The notes: a model not told the origin generated them from the letters alone. A stretch of DNA of 64,000 nucleotides from Caecitellus pseudoparvulus (GCA_965644315.1 CBFFRQ010000074.1:1-64000); one strand, 5' to 3'; positions 34,401 through 44,486 are shown, counted from the first letter of the stretch. Translations and numbers: made by a program.

Positions 34401-35600
34401 GGTGTGGTGTCTGAGGCTGAGGCAGGTCGGGCAGAGTCTGAGGCGGAGGTGGAGCGTCTGCGGGGCGTGGTGTCTGAGGCTGAGGCGGGTCGGGCGGAGT
34501 CTGAGGCGGAGGTGGAGCGTCTGCGGGGCGTGGTGTCCGATGCGGACTCTCATTTGTCGTTTTCAGCCCAGGCTGAGGTGGAGCGTTTGCGTGGGGTTGT
34601 GGCTGAGTTGGAGGCTCGCCTTGCTACTGTTGCTGATACCGAGGCGGGTGTTGAGCATTGGCGAAGAGTTGCTTCCGACGCTGATTCACGTATGCTCGCC
34701 GTAGCACATGCGGAGATAGATCGACTTCGCGGAGTGTTGAGTGAGGTCGATGCCCGGTTTCAAGCAGACCTGGATTCTGCGTATTTCAGTGCTGCGCAGG
34801 ATGCCCGTTCGGAGTGCAGTGTCTTGCTGCAGTCTGTCGCTGCATTTGTCCATACCAACATGGACCACCTCGAAGCAACACTGCATGCTTCTGTTGGTGC
34901 CCAAGAGGCCCAGCTGACCGGTATGCGTGACACGGTTGAGGCTCTTGCCCAACGTGTAGCAGGGCAGCCTCAGCCTTCAGGCCTTCAGGCGCCCCCATCC
35001 ACCCCAGATCGCCCACCACCGCTAGCAGGCGCAGGTAAGACACCGGCGGGGTATGCTCTTAGGTCCCCTCCAACCTTGAGATCGCGAGAAGATCGGTTGC
35101 TGTCGCCATCCCTGCCCATGAGGCAGCCGGCAGTACTTCACTCTCCGCAAGCAGCAAACGGAGCCCCCGCTCCTGGAGGCCAGGAAGAACTTGCCGGGGA
35201 GCGCAGCAGCGACGACGTGTACGACGAAGGCGGAGAACATGCAGGCTCTGCAGAGCAGGGGAGTGGCATGCCTGGTGTGGCTTCCTCGCCAGGTGGGTCA
35301 GGTGGGTGGCGGCCTGCCCCACACGCCGAGCAGCGGTCACCTGGAGCTGCAGAGGCGGCTGCCTCGGATGCACGGACAGTGGGATACCAGATGCAGCTCG
35401 ACCAAGCAAAACTTCAACGGGCCCACTTTGGTGCGAGGCATGCTGACGTCCTCGCCTCGACACGCCAAGTGCTGAGCGCAGTCAGTCCAGGGCGGTGGTC
35501 CCAGCCCCAGGCTCTGCCTGGAACAGTGGAGCCTGTTGACTACGTGGAGGGCGTGAGCAGCGTGGGCAGCTTGAGTTCAACTGACGATGAGGACGCTTGA
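28497..35600 (+). CDS. Giant coiled-coil protein (2367 aa) with internal tandem array
   Basis: Uninterrupted ORF with E/Q/A/L/R/K-rich heptad segments and a ~1280-aa repeat block. Confidence 0.8.
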   Translation: MAGASLLAEGGAQPTSPASAVLLPAAKAMQRVLLAAQLPTVAFPAQEDFPVNASSLSDMLLFLANLLRGVADIGPGEQGQFPHPTAAERLLKRCIKGFPQAKLLQMEISRHLLANGIQMYMHDSRVGASSPGRARHKAAARQAVHLLEWPPLKHAGAQATPAAEANLKALVHSVFSHLQPRSPGAASPPQLTLLPSQWETELIPALSATAGSGPSPQRSPEAVSPPAIPRRAVASGGADQQQAAAPAKRLAALEPSGQASISHAAFEEAVADAVQRTETAAWKAHEDRVERLQASHAAELAAVRQQLTQQHRSALESHTQRAVQEAKAEWQDSITAAQDQVHTLQDLLRKREQQRAAAEAAHRAASDTDQAIIKRLQSDLVEATQDLKLASGEAQAQAKLVAPLRSRCETLEAALTRAQNKLTAQQEAERSLTDRLREQEHSTDSANARCRRTEAEVSRLRRAVAVTQAALERKSQSLLAAQEFAATQKKAAALKAELLDSAQAKLTSASQSAAAAQAEVDQLRQELEDVKKRAASATAAAERMQSSHQQQVEDLEQSWQQALATTRAELDQAVKGEAAAKDRLQDLRLSFSAVSQHRDELTEELAECKKATETLEHRLQRAAQAEDRCSKLKQQLDQEKQAATQTKQSLAEAYLQQQQLELLAQSHKQESQKLVAEADKARTEKMRLAAELERVQEHLQQELAHRKQSEQAVLDLRQSLAKAHTALKTTELELKRLRGVVSEAEAGRAESEAEVERLRGVVSEAEAGRAESEAEVERLRGVVSEAEGRLAAAAESEAEVERLRGVVSEAEGRLAAAAESEAEVERLRGVMSEAEGRLAAAAESEAEVERLRGVVSEAEAGRAESEAEVERLRGVVSEAEAGRAESEAEVERLRGVVSEAEGRLAAAAESEAEVERLRGVVSEAEAGRAESEAEVERLRGVVSEAEGGRAESEAEVERLRGVVSEAEAGRAESEAEVERLRGVVSEAEGRLAAAAESEAEVERLRGVVSEAEGRLAAAAESEAEVERLRGVVSEAEAGRAESEAEVERLRGVVSEAEAGRAESEAEVERLRGVVSEAEGRLAAAAESEAEVERLRGVVSEAEGRLAAAAESEAEVERLRGVVSEAEGRRAESEAEVERLRGVVSEAEGRLAAAAESEAEVERLRGVVSEAEGRLAAAAESEAEVERLRDVVSEAEGRLAAAAESEAEVERLRGVVSEAEAGRAESEAEVERLRGVVSEAEAGRAESEAEVERLRGVVSEAEGRRVESEAEVERLRGVVSEAEAGRAESEAEVERLRGVVSEAEGRLAAAAESEAEVERLRGVMSEAEAGRAESEAEVERLRGVVSEAEAGRAESEAEVERLRGVVSEAEGRLAAAAESEAEVERLRGVVSEAEGRLAAAAESEAEVEHLRGVVSEAEGRRAESEAEVERLRGVVSEAEAGRAESEAEVERLRGVVSEAEAGRAESEAEVERLRGVVSEAEAGRAESEAEVERLRGVVSEAEAGRAESEAEVERLRGVVSEAEAGRAESEAEVERLRGVVSEAEGRLAAAAESEAEVERLRGVVSEAEGRLAAAAESEAEVERLRGVVSEAEGGRAESEAEVERLRGVVSEAEAGRAESEAEVERLRGVVSEAEAGRAESEAEVERLRGVVSEAEAGRAESEAEVERLRGVVSEAEAGRAESEAEVERLRGVVSEAEAGRAESEAEVERLRGVVSEAEAGRAESEAEVERLRGVVSEAEAGRAESEAEVERLRGVVSEAEAGRAESEAEVERLRGVVSEAEGRLAAAAESEAEVERLRGVESEAEAGRAESEAEVERLRGVVSEAEAGRAESEAEVERLRGVVSEAEAGRAESEAEVERLRGVVSEAEAGRAESEAEVERLRGVVSEAEAGRAESEAEVERLRGVVSEAEAGRAESEAEVERLRGVVSEAEGRLAAAAESEAEVERLRGVVSEAEAGRAESEAEVERLRGVVSEAEAGRAESEAEVERLRGVVSEAEAGRAESEAEVERLRGVVSDADSHLSFSAQAEVERLRGVVAELEARLATVADTEAGVEHWRRVASDADSRMLAVAHAEIDRLRGVLSEVDARFQADLDSAYFSAAQDARSECSVLLQSVAAFVHTNMDHLEATLHASVGAQEAQLTGMRDTVEALAQRVAGQPQPSGLQAPPSTPDRPPPLAGAGKTPAGYALRSPPTLRSREDRLLSPSLPMRQPAVLHSPQAANGAPAPGGQEELAGERSSDDVYDEGGEHAGSAEQGSGMPGVASSPGGSGGWRPAPHAEQRSPGAAEAAASDARTVGYQMQLDQAKLQRAHFGARHADVLASTRQVLSAVSPGRWSQPQALPGTVEPVDYVEGVSSVGSLSSTDDEDA
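30702..34537 (+). repeat. Coding minisatellite of interspersed 63-bp and 72-bp units (~58 units)
   Basis: Core GAGTCTGAGGCGGAGGTGGAGCGTCTGCGGGGTGTGGTGTCTGAGGCTGAG, followed by GCRGGTCGGGCR (AGRA) or GGGCGTCTGGCTGCAGCTGCT (GRLAAAA). Confidence 0.97.
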
Positions 35601-35650
35601 GGGTGTGAGAATGAATGCAATGTACATTTCCGACGCCTGCGCGGGCCACG

Positions 35651-38600
35651 CTACACGAGGCCCAATTTTGCCCTCCTGCGCTTTGCCTTGGTGCCTCCAC
35701 CAGCGGCTTTCCCCGCCCCTCCACCTCGGACGGTGCCTGCCTTGACCTGCTCATGGAAAGTCGCTTGCTGCTGTTGCATCTCTGCCATGAAGCCCTTGTA
35801 CGTTGCTTCGCGTTGCGCCTCGCGGGATGCCTTGGCTTTGTCCACGGCGCGTGTGCGGGTTTCAGTTTCCCGGCGCAGCTCGCGGGCAAAGCTCCGCTTC
35901 TCACGGTTGATCTGCCGCTTGAGCTTGCGTTGCTCGGCCATGTCCGCTTCGCGTGCAGTGCGGAAGGTCTCCTTTCCGGTGCGCTGCAGTTTGATGTCCA
36001 CCTCCGGGTCGAACACGGCAATGTGCACAGGTGCCTCGCGGAAACTCTGCAACCGTAGGGCACCCCTCCCCTGCGCGGCAGCCGATGCAAACTGCCGCAG
36101 CTCCTTGCGCACACAGACATGCAAGTCTTTCAGGGGCCCAGTCATGATCTTGCTGCGAACGCCATGCACCAGCTGCAGCGTGCACAGCACCGGCGAGAGT
36201 AGCTCGGGTGCGGTGCGCCCAGAGCCTGTTCGGACGGCAGCACTGCCTGCTGTGCCAGCCAAGCTGGCAGGCGGCCTCTGCCCAGCCACAGTGGCCATGC
36301 TCATGACAGCAGTGTGTGCCAGTCGGTACATGCTGGCCACCACCTGCGCTGCGAGCTGGGCGGTGGCGGCCTCACTGGCCCACGCACTGGGGCGAGCCAA
36401 ACACCCGACACTGAGGCGGGGGGGGTCCGCACTTGGGTTGGCCTTGCTCCAGGCCTTCAATGCGACGGGCAGCCAGGGCAGGGGCTGGTGAGCCTGCTTC
36501 GCGCGGTGTGCTGGCTGCACGCCGAAGAGGGGTGACAGAGGGCGCTGGGGGGGGACGCACGCGGCAGCCGCTTGCCATGGCGCCAGGGCGAGAAGCACAT
36601 CGTGCACCAAGGCCAGCACCTGTGGCGCCGTGCGCCGGGCTGCGACGGTGAGGTTGCTGAGCAGCGTGGCAGCCACTGTGGCGGCGGCTGCGTCTGCGGG
36701 CGTGAGGATGGGGGCGCTGGCCAGTGCCTGGGCCAGTACCAGCGCCACTGGGGACAGCACGACATGTGAGAAGTCCGTGACGGGGAACAGCCACAGCGCC
36801 ACGGCCATGAGGCTGAACTGCCCCGGGGAGGGCCAGGCAGGGTGCAGAGGAGCACCGGCAGCGTCAGGCAGGTCCAGCTCTGCTGCGGGGTGCAGGGTGG
36901 GGGGGGCACCCTGCCTGGCGGGCCGCAGGCGTGCCGGGTGGGGCAGGGCGGCGTCTTCCCGTAGCTGCTCCGCCATACGCTGGATGTGCGTCTGCCACAA
37001 CAGCACCGTCTCTGTGCGCACCTCTGCGGAGAGAGCGTACAGGAATGCCAGCACGCCATGCATGTGGCAGGCGCCACTGGGGTTGACACGGCGCACGTCG
37101 GGGTCGCCTGCGCGCGCGGCACACAGGCTGGTCCACTCGGGGACATTGTACGCGCGGTGCGGCTGTGCGGTGAAGCCGTCCGTGCAGGCGATGTAGTCCA
37201 GCAACACGCCGTAGAAGGTGAGCAGTTTGCGCTTGTTGTCGCCGCCCAGGTGCAAACTGTGCACGGTGTGGATGCGGTGGCACAGCTCTGCGAGGGCCAG
37301 GCGCTGCAGTGTGACCTGCCGCACACCGGGCTCAGGCTCGTCGAAGGTGCAGCAGTGCCGCAGTACCAGCGCACACCACTGCTGCAGGGTGCTGGGGCAC
37401 TCGGGCGTGAACGGCATGTCTTGCTGCACAGGCAGCGGGGCAGGCAGCTTGCGTTTCTTCCCGCGCCGGCCGCTGGGTGTGGCTGCAGGTGACTCCTCCG
37501 CTGCCGTCGGGAGCGGCAGCGGCGCTGGCGTGGCCGGCTGCACCTGGAAGCACCGTAAGTCACTGCCCCCCTGCTCATCGTCAGAGTCCGAATCTGAGGC
37601 TGAGTCGGCGGTGCTGCCCTGGTCACCGTCGGAGGCCTGTAAGTCAGCATCGGAGTCACTCCCTGCGTCTGCCTGGGCGGGCTGGAAGCCACGCAGCCCA
37701 GCTGCCGCCGCCAGCTGCTGGGTGAAGGCGGCCGCCGCCTCCTCAGCACCGCCGTCACCTGTCGCCCGTGTACCGTCAGCATTCACCCTCTGCACACCCT
37801 CCGCGCCCATGAACTCGACACCTCCTCCGAAACGCACGGCAAAGGCCCCCGACCCCGCCAAGTCGTCTCCCCCAGCCACGTGCTCGGCGGCGTCGGGGGC
37901 TGCTGCGTTGCCGAAGGAGTCAACGCCCGACATGCCCACCGTGCCGCCTTGCTGCCGGCCCAGGCGTGCCGCTTCCAGCTCTGCCAGGCGCGAGGCAGCC
38001 GCTTTGGCCGCCTCTGCCGCCGACGCCGTGCGGTCTGTCGCGTGTGCTTCCCGAGCTTCGCCCCGGATGCGCTCCACGAGGTCGTCGAACTCGTCATCCC
38101 CCAGCGGAGCAGGGGCGCCATCTGAGGTCCCCGCCCTGGAGTCCGCTGCAGCATCCTGCTCCGCTGCCTCGTCAGCGTCACTGGTGTCGCTGCTGTCGCT
38201 GCTGTCAGTGGAATCGCTGCTGTCGCTAGCACTGCCAGTCGACCCAGGCTGGGCCTCAGCCTGCCCTGCTTCGGCAGCCTGCCGCAGGAGAGACTGCACT
38301 TCATCCGCCTGAGCATCCAGCATGGCCACGCGGTGCTGCTGCTCTGCCTTCTCCGCCTGCCGCATGGCCTTGTACATCTTGCTCTTGGCCACCACCTCGG
38401 CCATGATGTCTTTGTGGCTTCGCCGCTCGGTGCCAGGCGGCCCTGCCTCATCCAAGCCTTCACCTCCGAAGGCCAGTGCTGCCATGGCGGCTTCATCCAC
38501 GGCACCTGTGCAGGGGGGGGCGTGTCTCGCACGTTGCAGGCGCCTGGCCGAACATGCGGAAATCGAACGCGACGCACCTGATGAGGCGTATGCATCGTCC

Positions 38601-38904
38601 TGCACGTCCACAGCGTTCATGGACTCCAGCGTCAGTTTCTGCAGAGAGGGCAGGTAGAGTGAGGAGGCAGGCAGTGGAGTTCAAGGCACCAAGGCGGACG
38701 CACAGCTCCTCCATGGGTCAGCACATCTTGCCCGCCCAGTGAGCCGCCGGCCGCGGCTTCCGCTTCCAAGTTAAACTTTGCTGCCCGTCGAAGCTGGCGC
38801 GACCTCTCCTTCTGGAAGCGTGCCAGGCGTTTCGCCTCTGCACTGAGACTGGGGTTGGATTCACCGAACCGGCGGTCTTTGAAGGTGCTGCCTTTGCCCT
38901 CCAT
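35651..38904 (-). CDS. NOP14: Nucleolar protein 14 (SSU processome); introns 38703-38639 and 38577-38506
   Basis: FKDRRFGE..RLARFQKER..FNL..LTHG, RSHKDIMAEVVAKSKMYK, ATDRT, FPVTDFSHVVLSP, REKRSFARELRRE. Confidence 0.9.
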
Positions 38905-39044
38905 GGCCGCGAAAAGGAGCGAGGCAGGCGCGGAAATTGCTTGTGCAGGCGCAAGCTGGCCGCCCTTCCGGCTGCTCAAGCCGTGAAGAAAAAGGAAGTG
39001 GGCGGGTCCTGCATTCGATGGACACGCAACAAGGGGGGAGTTCC

Positions 39045-42000
39045 TCATGCGGTGTCTTCGGAGAAGTGTCCTCCAATGGCCAATGACGTGCCGTGCCCTC
39101 GGCTGCGTTTGTTGTCTGGGGCAGTGGCCACTTGGCTGGTGGCGGGCCGCTTCGCGCCTCCTTGCTGCTGTGCAGTGGGGCTGAGCAGATCCGTCATGAG
39201 GTCTGAGGCTATGAGTGTGAACATCATGCCCGCAGTGCCCCACATCGTCGGCTGCGTCTTGGCGGGTGGGGTCTCGGCAGACACTGCGAGCTGCAGCTTC
39301 ACAGCCCTCGGCATGAACACATGCTGCAGCACCGTGGCAGCCCACGGGATGGGGTGGCACGGGACGCGTTCACTGCGTGTGGACAGGTACATGGGTGCCG
39401 ACACCACCTGCAGCAGTGCTGCTGTGTTCCGCCTCACGCACAGCGAGTGTTCCACGAAGCGGAACCGCGTCGGCAGCGCGACACCTGCATCCCTGTGCAG
39501 CCAGCCAGCGACGCCCCCCTCGGGCAGGCGCCCCCCCGCCTGGGAGATGAGGCTGGGCAGCACTTGCTCAGTGGCGTGCAGCACTTGGCCGGGGCCTGTG
39601 GCTGCCAGCGCCCCCCCTGTGGCCAGACAGGGCAGTGCTGTGGGCATGCCCATGGCCCGCTTGACGTGTGCCACGACGGCCTCCGTGGTCGTCTCATCAT
39701 TCACAGGGACATGCAGGAGTGCCTGCCCCGCAGTCTGCCTGCCTGGCTTGAGGACATAGTCCGATGGCGCCAGTGTCGCCAAGAAACGCTTCACCTGGGG
39801 GGGCTGCCCTGGCACTGCAAAAATCGGCTGCATGCCCGTCTGCGGCCCACACAGCACTTGGTCGTTGAGCACCAGTGGACTCTCTGCCAGGGATTCCTTC
39901 AACTGGCGCACGGCGCCACAGGCAGGCAGGGAGGCTGACAGGAGCAGGGGCGCCGCCGCTGTTGCAGACAGTCCGCCCCAAATGACAGGCAGCAGGTGCG
40001 TCGGGCGGCGGCACTCTCCCCATGGTTGCATGGCAGTATACCGCAGGCGCAGGGGTGCCGAGGGGGGGAAGTCAGTCCTACCGCCTCCTGTGCGCCAGGC
40101 GGCTTCAACAGGGCCGGCGGGGTGGGGCAAGCTGGGCAGGCACGTGTACCACTCCGGCGCGAAGGCGAAGCAGTCCACGGAGCACCAGCCAATACCAGCA
40201 TCCCGGAAAAGACCTGCCAAGGCTCCGGCGATGTCTTGCAGCGTCGACGCGGCAGGCACGGCGATGTGCAGCTTCGGCATGCCGCTGAAGGGAGCCCCCT
40301 TGTTCTGCGCAGTGCAGCGGAATGGCTGACGCGCGGCGGCCCGGGTCCACGGCACGTCGAGGGCGGGTCCGAGCGGCTTGACCCACGCTGGGTCCAGCTC
40401 AATGTGGGTGACGGGGGCAGCCAGGCTGACCAGCAGTGGAAGCGCTGGTGCGTCGGTGCCGACGTGGATGAAGAAGGCCGGTTGCACGCCTTGCTGCGCG
40501 AGGATGCTAAGAGTGCAGTCAGCGCTGGCTGTGGAAAGGTCTACCAGGGAGCCGTTGGTCCCAGCTGCCAGCAAGCGAGTACAGGTGAAGGGCACTTGAA
40601 GCAGGGATGCGAGAGCCGAGTGCACTGCCGCGAGCAAAGTGCCGGTTGTTGCGCCGAAGGAGGCGACAAATTGAACAGCTGGGAAGGTGCCGGTGACACT
40701 GTGGTGGCTGTTCAAGAGGAAGGCTGAGGCCAGCCGAGTCTCATGCGAAACGTGCTCCCAGGTGTGCACTGGCTCGACACCCGGTCGGTGCATGAGCTCG
40801 TGCACAGGGTCGGAGAAGTGTGCTGGAGCGGAGGGGGCTGCGCGCATTTCAGCATGGCGTGTGAATGTGCAGTGCGGCTGTGCTGGACATGTTGACGCAC
40901 AGGCCGCTTCCACAGCTGCCCAAGCATCCTCAGACACGGCGAGTCCCAGCGCCTCTGCGAGCTCCCGCATGGGACTGCTCACAGGCGAGGGGAGTCGCTG
41001 ACCCATGTGCACCCCCCCCAGCGGAAGCCCTTCCACCCAGCTGCCTGGCTCAGACCCCAGCCCTGTCGCTGGACTGTCCGCGCAGCTGAGGGCTTGGGCG
41101 GCGGCACGTGCAGTGGGGAACGCTCGCTGGCTGAGGGTGTACACGTGAGAGGCGGCAGGTGGAAAGGGCAACGCGCCAAGCGCTGCCTGGTGCAGCTCTG
41201 GGCGGCAAATGGCGAACGGGGAGCTATGGGCCAGCCCCTCATCAGCCAAGGCAATGACGTTGCCAGTGCTGGCTGCTGCATGTGCTGCAACCCTCTGCCA
41301 CGTTTCTCCGCCACTGAGGGCGCCCTGCACAGGCTTCAACACGTGTCGGCCCAGCAAGTCACGCAGCGTGTGAGTCATTTCGGATACTACCTGCTCTGGG
41401 AGGCTGGCGAGGATGGGCGGCAGTGCAGCTGTGGGCGCCGGCTGGTCAGGGCCAGGCGATTCGGCGACACAGGCGTGCACAGCGACCCCAACGCCCGCCT
41501 GAGACAGAGCCTGTGCTGCCACCTTCCAGTCCTCGGCACCAACTCGAGCAGCGTGCAGGGCAGTGGCGGGGTCTGAGGCAAGTGTGGCCGCCGTGTCGGA
41601 CATCAAGAGCCGCTGGTGGATGTCTTCAGACAGCACCTCGCCCAGCAGCACACCGGACACAAAGCTCTGCCCATCCAGGCCCAGAACAGGGCCACGTGCA
41701 AGGTGGCCGTGTTGCTGACTTTGGGACTGGCCATGTACTTCCAGGGAGCCTGCTACAGGGTGCAGCGATGCAAGCTGCTCAGGCGACATGTCCGGTACCT
41801 GGCACAGCCCCGACCCTGCGTCGGTCGCAGGTTCCCCCCACGGCTGCCATGCATCCCAGAACCGCGGAGCTGGGCCCGAGCTTGTGTCTCCAGGTGATGG
41901 CGACAGGGTGGGGGCTGGGATGGCTGGTCCTGATGGAGTCATGCTCGCATCGCCGCCAGCGCTTTTCGACACTTGGTGCCAATGAAGCCGCAGAGCACGC

Positions 42001-44486
42001 CATGGGACCCCCAGCGCCTCAGCGACTTTGAAGTACACGAATGACAGTGGTTCCTCGAGAGACACACGTACAGGAATGAAGTGATCACCCCTTTGCAAGC
42101 CAGAAAGGAAGGAGTAGTCACAGGAGGGTGACACGGCCAGCGTAGTGGCAGAACTTGCGGCCCCTGGTACAGACCAGTCCAAGGGGGGCCTCGTGCCCGA
42201 CTTGAACGCCTCGGACGTGGACACCCACAGTGTAATGAGTCGTGCTTCCTTTGCCCTCACTTCCGCTTCCGCACGCTCCAACTGCACCATCCTCTCGCGA
42301 TGCTCCTGCAGTTTGGCGGGTGGCTGAATGCAGGCTTGCCCAAGGTTCTGCACTGGCACATCATGGAGCACCAGGTGCTGTGCAAGGAGACTGGAGGCAG
42401 CACTCTCCAGCTGTGTCTTTCCTTCATCGCTCAGGAAAGCCTGTGCTGGCTGGACGCAGTCCTCGACCGACGCAGTCATGCTTTGGAAGGGGTCCAGCAC
42501 CGTTTGAGCACAGCTTTCCTTCACGTACATGAGCATGTACGCGCAAGTGCTGCCTTCATAGTGGTTCTGCGTTGCTTCCTCATGAGACACTGGCCGCGTG
42601 TGCTTGTCATCAACCAAGCACCACTGAAGTGCAGCCGCGATTTGCTTGCCATGTTCACTGCCGCAGCCAGCCCCCCTGGAGAGTTCATCACCGAGCAGAG
42701 AGCCCGCAACGAAGGAGTCTGACATGGAGCACGCCTCCAGGACATGCTCAGGCGCACCAGCCAGCGCAGCATCGGCACGGCTCTGAGTCCCTGCACTCAA
42801 ACTGAATGCAGGAGGCGATGGGCAGGGTGGCAGACCCTGCTCCGGGGACTCAGCAGGAGCGGCAGTTTCAGCCGGGAGAAGGCCGAGGTTTGGTCGGACG
42901 TATGCGAAGTAGTGTCCACTGCTTCCATCGTCACCCGCATGCACGATGACTGTGTGCAGTCGGTACACTGTGCCGGGAGCCTGGCGCGCCTCTGACGCAG
43001 CCGCAGCTACCCGCTGTGAAAAGGGACACTCAGCTGCAGGCCCACCCTCAGCATCTCCAGCATCTTCAGCATCTGTGGTTGGCACCCCTTGCTCGTCCTC
43101 AGTGAGGGGCTCGTAGAATGGAGCCATGTCCAACCTGTCCGGGAACTTAAGTTTTCCGCAATTCTTCTCCAGCGAAAACGTCACAGGGTTGTACTGCACC
43201 CGGGCCAAGTTGATGCCCAAGATGGGCGGCAAGGTGCTGATCTTGGTTTGCTCTTCAGCAGCTTGACGGCCGTGCGAGTCAGTGTCGTAGCCTGTGATGT
43301 CTTGCGGTGCTGTGAGTTGCCGCAGCGAGTCCAGGAGCGTGCCCTTTGCCGTGATGGGCACCAAGAGGTCTTCGAAGCACTCCTTGTTCTTGCGCTGGTA
43401 GTCCACATGCTTGCACGTCCGTGACACCACCATCTCCCCGCGGACCAGGCTCGGCAGAACGCGGGCAAGCGCGGTGCCTTTGCAGCGCTGCTCCAGGTAC
43501 TCGTGCACAGCGCGCTGCAGCTCTTGCACATCTTGCTGGTGCTGCATGACCGACGCCTCCCATCCAAAGCCGGCAGTGAGGGCTGCCGTGCTGCCGACGT
43601 TGCCCTGCGTCTGCATCGTCTCCATGGTCTCTTGCAAGTGCACGAGGCCAGCTGCGTTGCGCTCTCCAGCTGCAAACGGGTCTGCCGCGAAAATCAGCGC
43701 CCGGATGAGTGGAACATGGAACATGTGCTGTACAAGCACGTTCAAGTAGCATGTGGTGCCCTGATTGAGCAGGCCCACTGGGTTGCTCCAGAGGGGCTCA
43801 ACTGCAGGAGGCCGCGGCAGGCTGCACAGCACTTCGCGCTTCACTTGCGACACGAGGACGAAGAGAATGACCAGTGGGGATGCACTGGGCCCATCTCCCA
43901 GCAAAGGGGCAGATTCGCCACGCCTTGGGGGAGTGTAGGGTACGTGCATCTTTGCTTTAGTGCTGGTGGACAGGACAACTGGTTCGGCACTGCTCTCCAG
44001 CGGCGACTGCGAAGTGTCGCTCCACGCAATCGTGCCCAGCACTTTGGCAGAGAAGTGCAGGGAGGGATCTGCAGCCACACCCACGTGGATGGACAGGCCA
44101 GAGGCGGTCCTTTCTGCTGTTGCCTGCCAGACGCTTGAGCTGGGTCCCACGCACTCTGCACTGGCGAGCGCCTGCCCCTCTTTGCAGCACACTTGTAGGC
44201 GGAGCACGCGAAGACCAGTGGCTGCGTTGCCAGTGACTGTCGGAGCAGGAGTAGGTCTCCAGCCACCGGGGCTCTGTTGGCCAAGGAAGGCCCCAGTATC
44301 CCCGCCACTGCCAGCTGCCACGGCGCCGTAGTCCCCCCATGCTCCTGGCCACGCTGGGCAGGCTTCACCACCGCCTGGAGGCTGGCTCCGCGCTGCAAGT
44401 GGATTTCCCGCTTGAGAACCCAGATAAAGACCCAAGGCTCCAAGCACACTGCTCAAATCAATGGTTCCTGTGGGCTTTTGTGCCAT
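39045..44486 (-). CDS. Ubiquitin-specific protease (peptidase C19; USP7-like catalytic domain)
   Basis: Cys box GLLNQGTTCYLN, QQDVQEL, LKFPDRLDMAPF, His box VHAGDDGSSGHYFAYVRP, WCLVDD, AYMLMY. Confidence 0.9.
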   Translation of the reverse strand: MAQKPTGTIDLSSVLGALGLYLGSQAGNPLAARSQPPGGGEACPAWPGAWGDYGAVAAGSGGDTGAFLGQQSPGGWRPTPAPTVTGNAATGLRVLRLQVCCKEGQALASAECVGPSSSVWQATAERTASGLSIHVGVAADPSLHFSAKVLGTIAWSDTSQSPLESSAEPVVLSTSTKAKMHVPYTPPRRGESAPLLGDGPSASPLVILFVLVSQVKREVLCSLPRPPAVEPLWSNPVGLLNQGTTCYLNVLVQHMFHVPLIRALIFAADPFAAGERNAAGLVHLQETMETMQTQGNVGSTAALTAGFGWEASVMQHQQDVQELQRAVHEYLEQRCKGTALARVLPSLVRGEMVVSRTCKHVDYQRKNKECFEDLLVPITAKGTLLDSLRQLTAPQDITGYDTDSHGRQAAEEQTKISTLPPILGINLARVQYNPVTFSLEKNCGKLKFPDRLDMAPFYEPLTEDEQGVPTTDAEDAGDAEGGPAAECPFSQRVAAAASEARQAPGTVYRLHTVIVHAGDDGSSGHYFAYVRPNLGLLPAETAAPAESPEQGLPPCPSPPAFSLSAGTQSRADAALAGAPEHVLEACSMSDSFVAGSLLGDELSRGAGCGSEHGKQIAAALQWCLVDDKHTRPVSHEEATQNHYEGSTCAYMLMYVKESCAQTVLDPFQSMTASVEDCVQPAQAFLSDEGKTQLESAASSLLAQHLVLHDVPVQNLGQACIQPPAKLQEHRERMVQLERAEAEVRAKEARLITLWVSTSEAFKSGTRPPLDWSVPGAASSATTLAVSPSCDYSFLSGLQRGDHFIPVRVSLEEPLSFVYFKVAEALGVPWRALRLHWHQVSKSAGGDASMTPSGPAIPAPTLSPSPGDTSSGPAPRFWDAWQPWGEPATDAGSGLCQVPDMSPEQLASLHPVAGSLEVHGQSQSQQHGHLARGPVLGLDGQSFVSGVLLGEVLSEDIHQRLLMSDTAATLASDPATALHAARVGAEDWKVAAQALSQAGVGVAVHACVAESPGPDQPAPTAALPPILASLPEQVVSEMTHTLRDLLGRHVLKPVQGALSGGETWQRVAAHAAASTGNVIALADEGLAHSSPFAICRPELHQAALGALPFPPAASHVYTLSQRAFPTARAAAQALSCADSPATGLGSEPGSWVEGLPLGGVHMGQRLPSPVSSPMRELAEALGLAVSEDAWAAVEAACASTCPAQPHCTFTRHAEMRAAPSAPAHFSDPVHELMHRPGVEPVHTWEHVSHETRLASAFLLNSHHSVTGTFPAVQFVASFGATTGTLLAAVHSALASLLQVPFTCTRLLAAGTNGSLVDLSTASADCTLSILAQQGVQPAFFIHVGTDAPALPLLVSLAAPVTHIELDPAWVKPLGPALDVPWTRAAARQPFRCTAQNKGAPFSGMPKLHIAVPAASTLQDIAGALAGLFRDAGIGWCSVDCFAFAPEWYTCLPSLPHPAGPVEAAWRTGGGRTDFPPSAPLRLRYTAMQPWGECRRPTHLLPVIWGGLSATAAAPLLLSASLPACGAVRQLKESLAESPLVLNDQVLCGPQTGMQPIFAVPGQPPQVKRFLATLAPSDYVLKPGRQTAGQALLHVPVNDETTTEAVVAHVKRAMGMPTALPCLATGGALAATGPGQVLHATEQVLPSLISQAGGRLPEGGVAGWLHRDAGVALPTRFRFVEHSLCVRRNTAALLQVVSAPMYLSTRSERVPCHPIPWAATVLQHVFMPRAVKLQLAVSAETPPAKTQPTMWGTAGMMFTLIASDLMTDLLSPTAQQQGGAKRPATSQVATAPDNKRSRGHGTSLAIGGHFSEDTA

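Noticed and set aside
30690-34704. 1287-aa antisense ORF and alternative-frame ORFs in the minisatellite
   Set aside because: They follow from stop-free 3n repeat units. Only the frame continuous with the unique flanks is credible.
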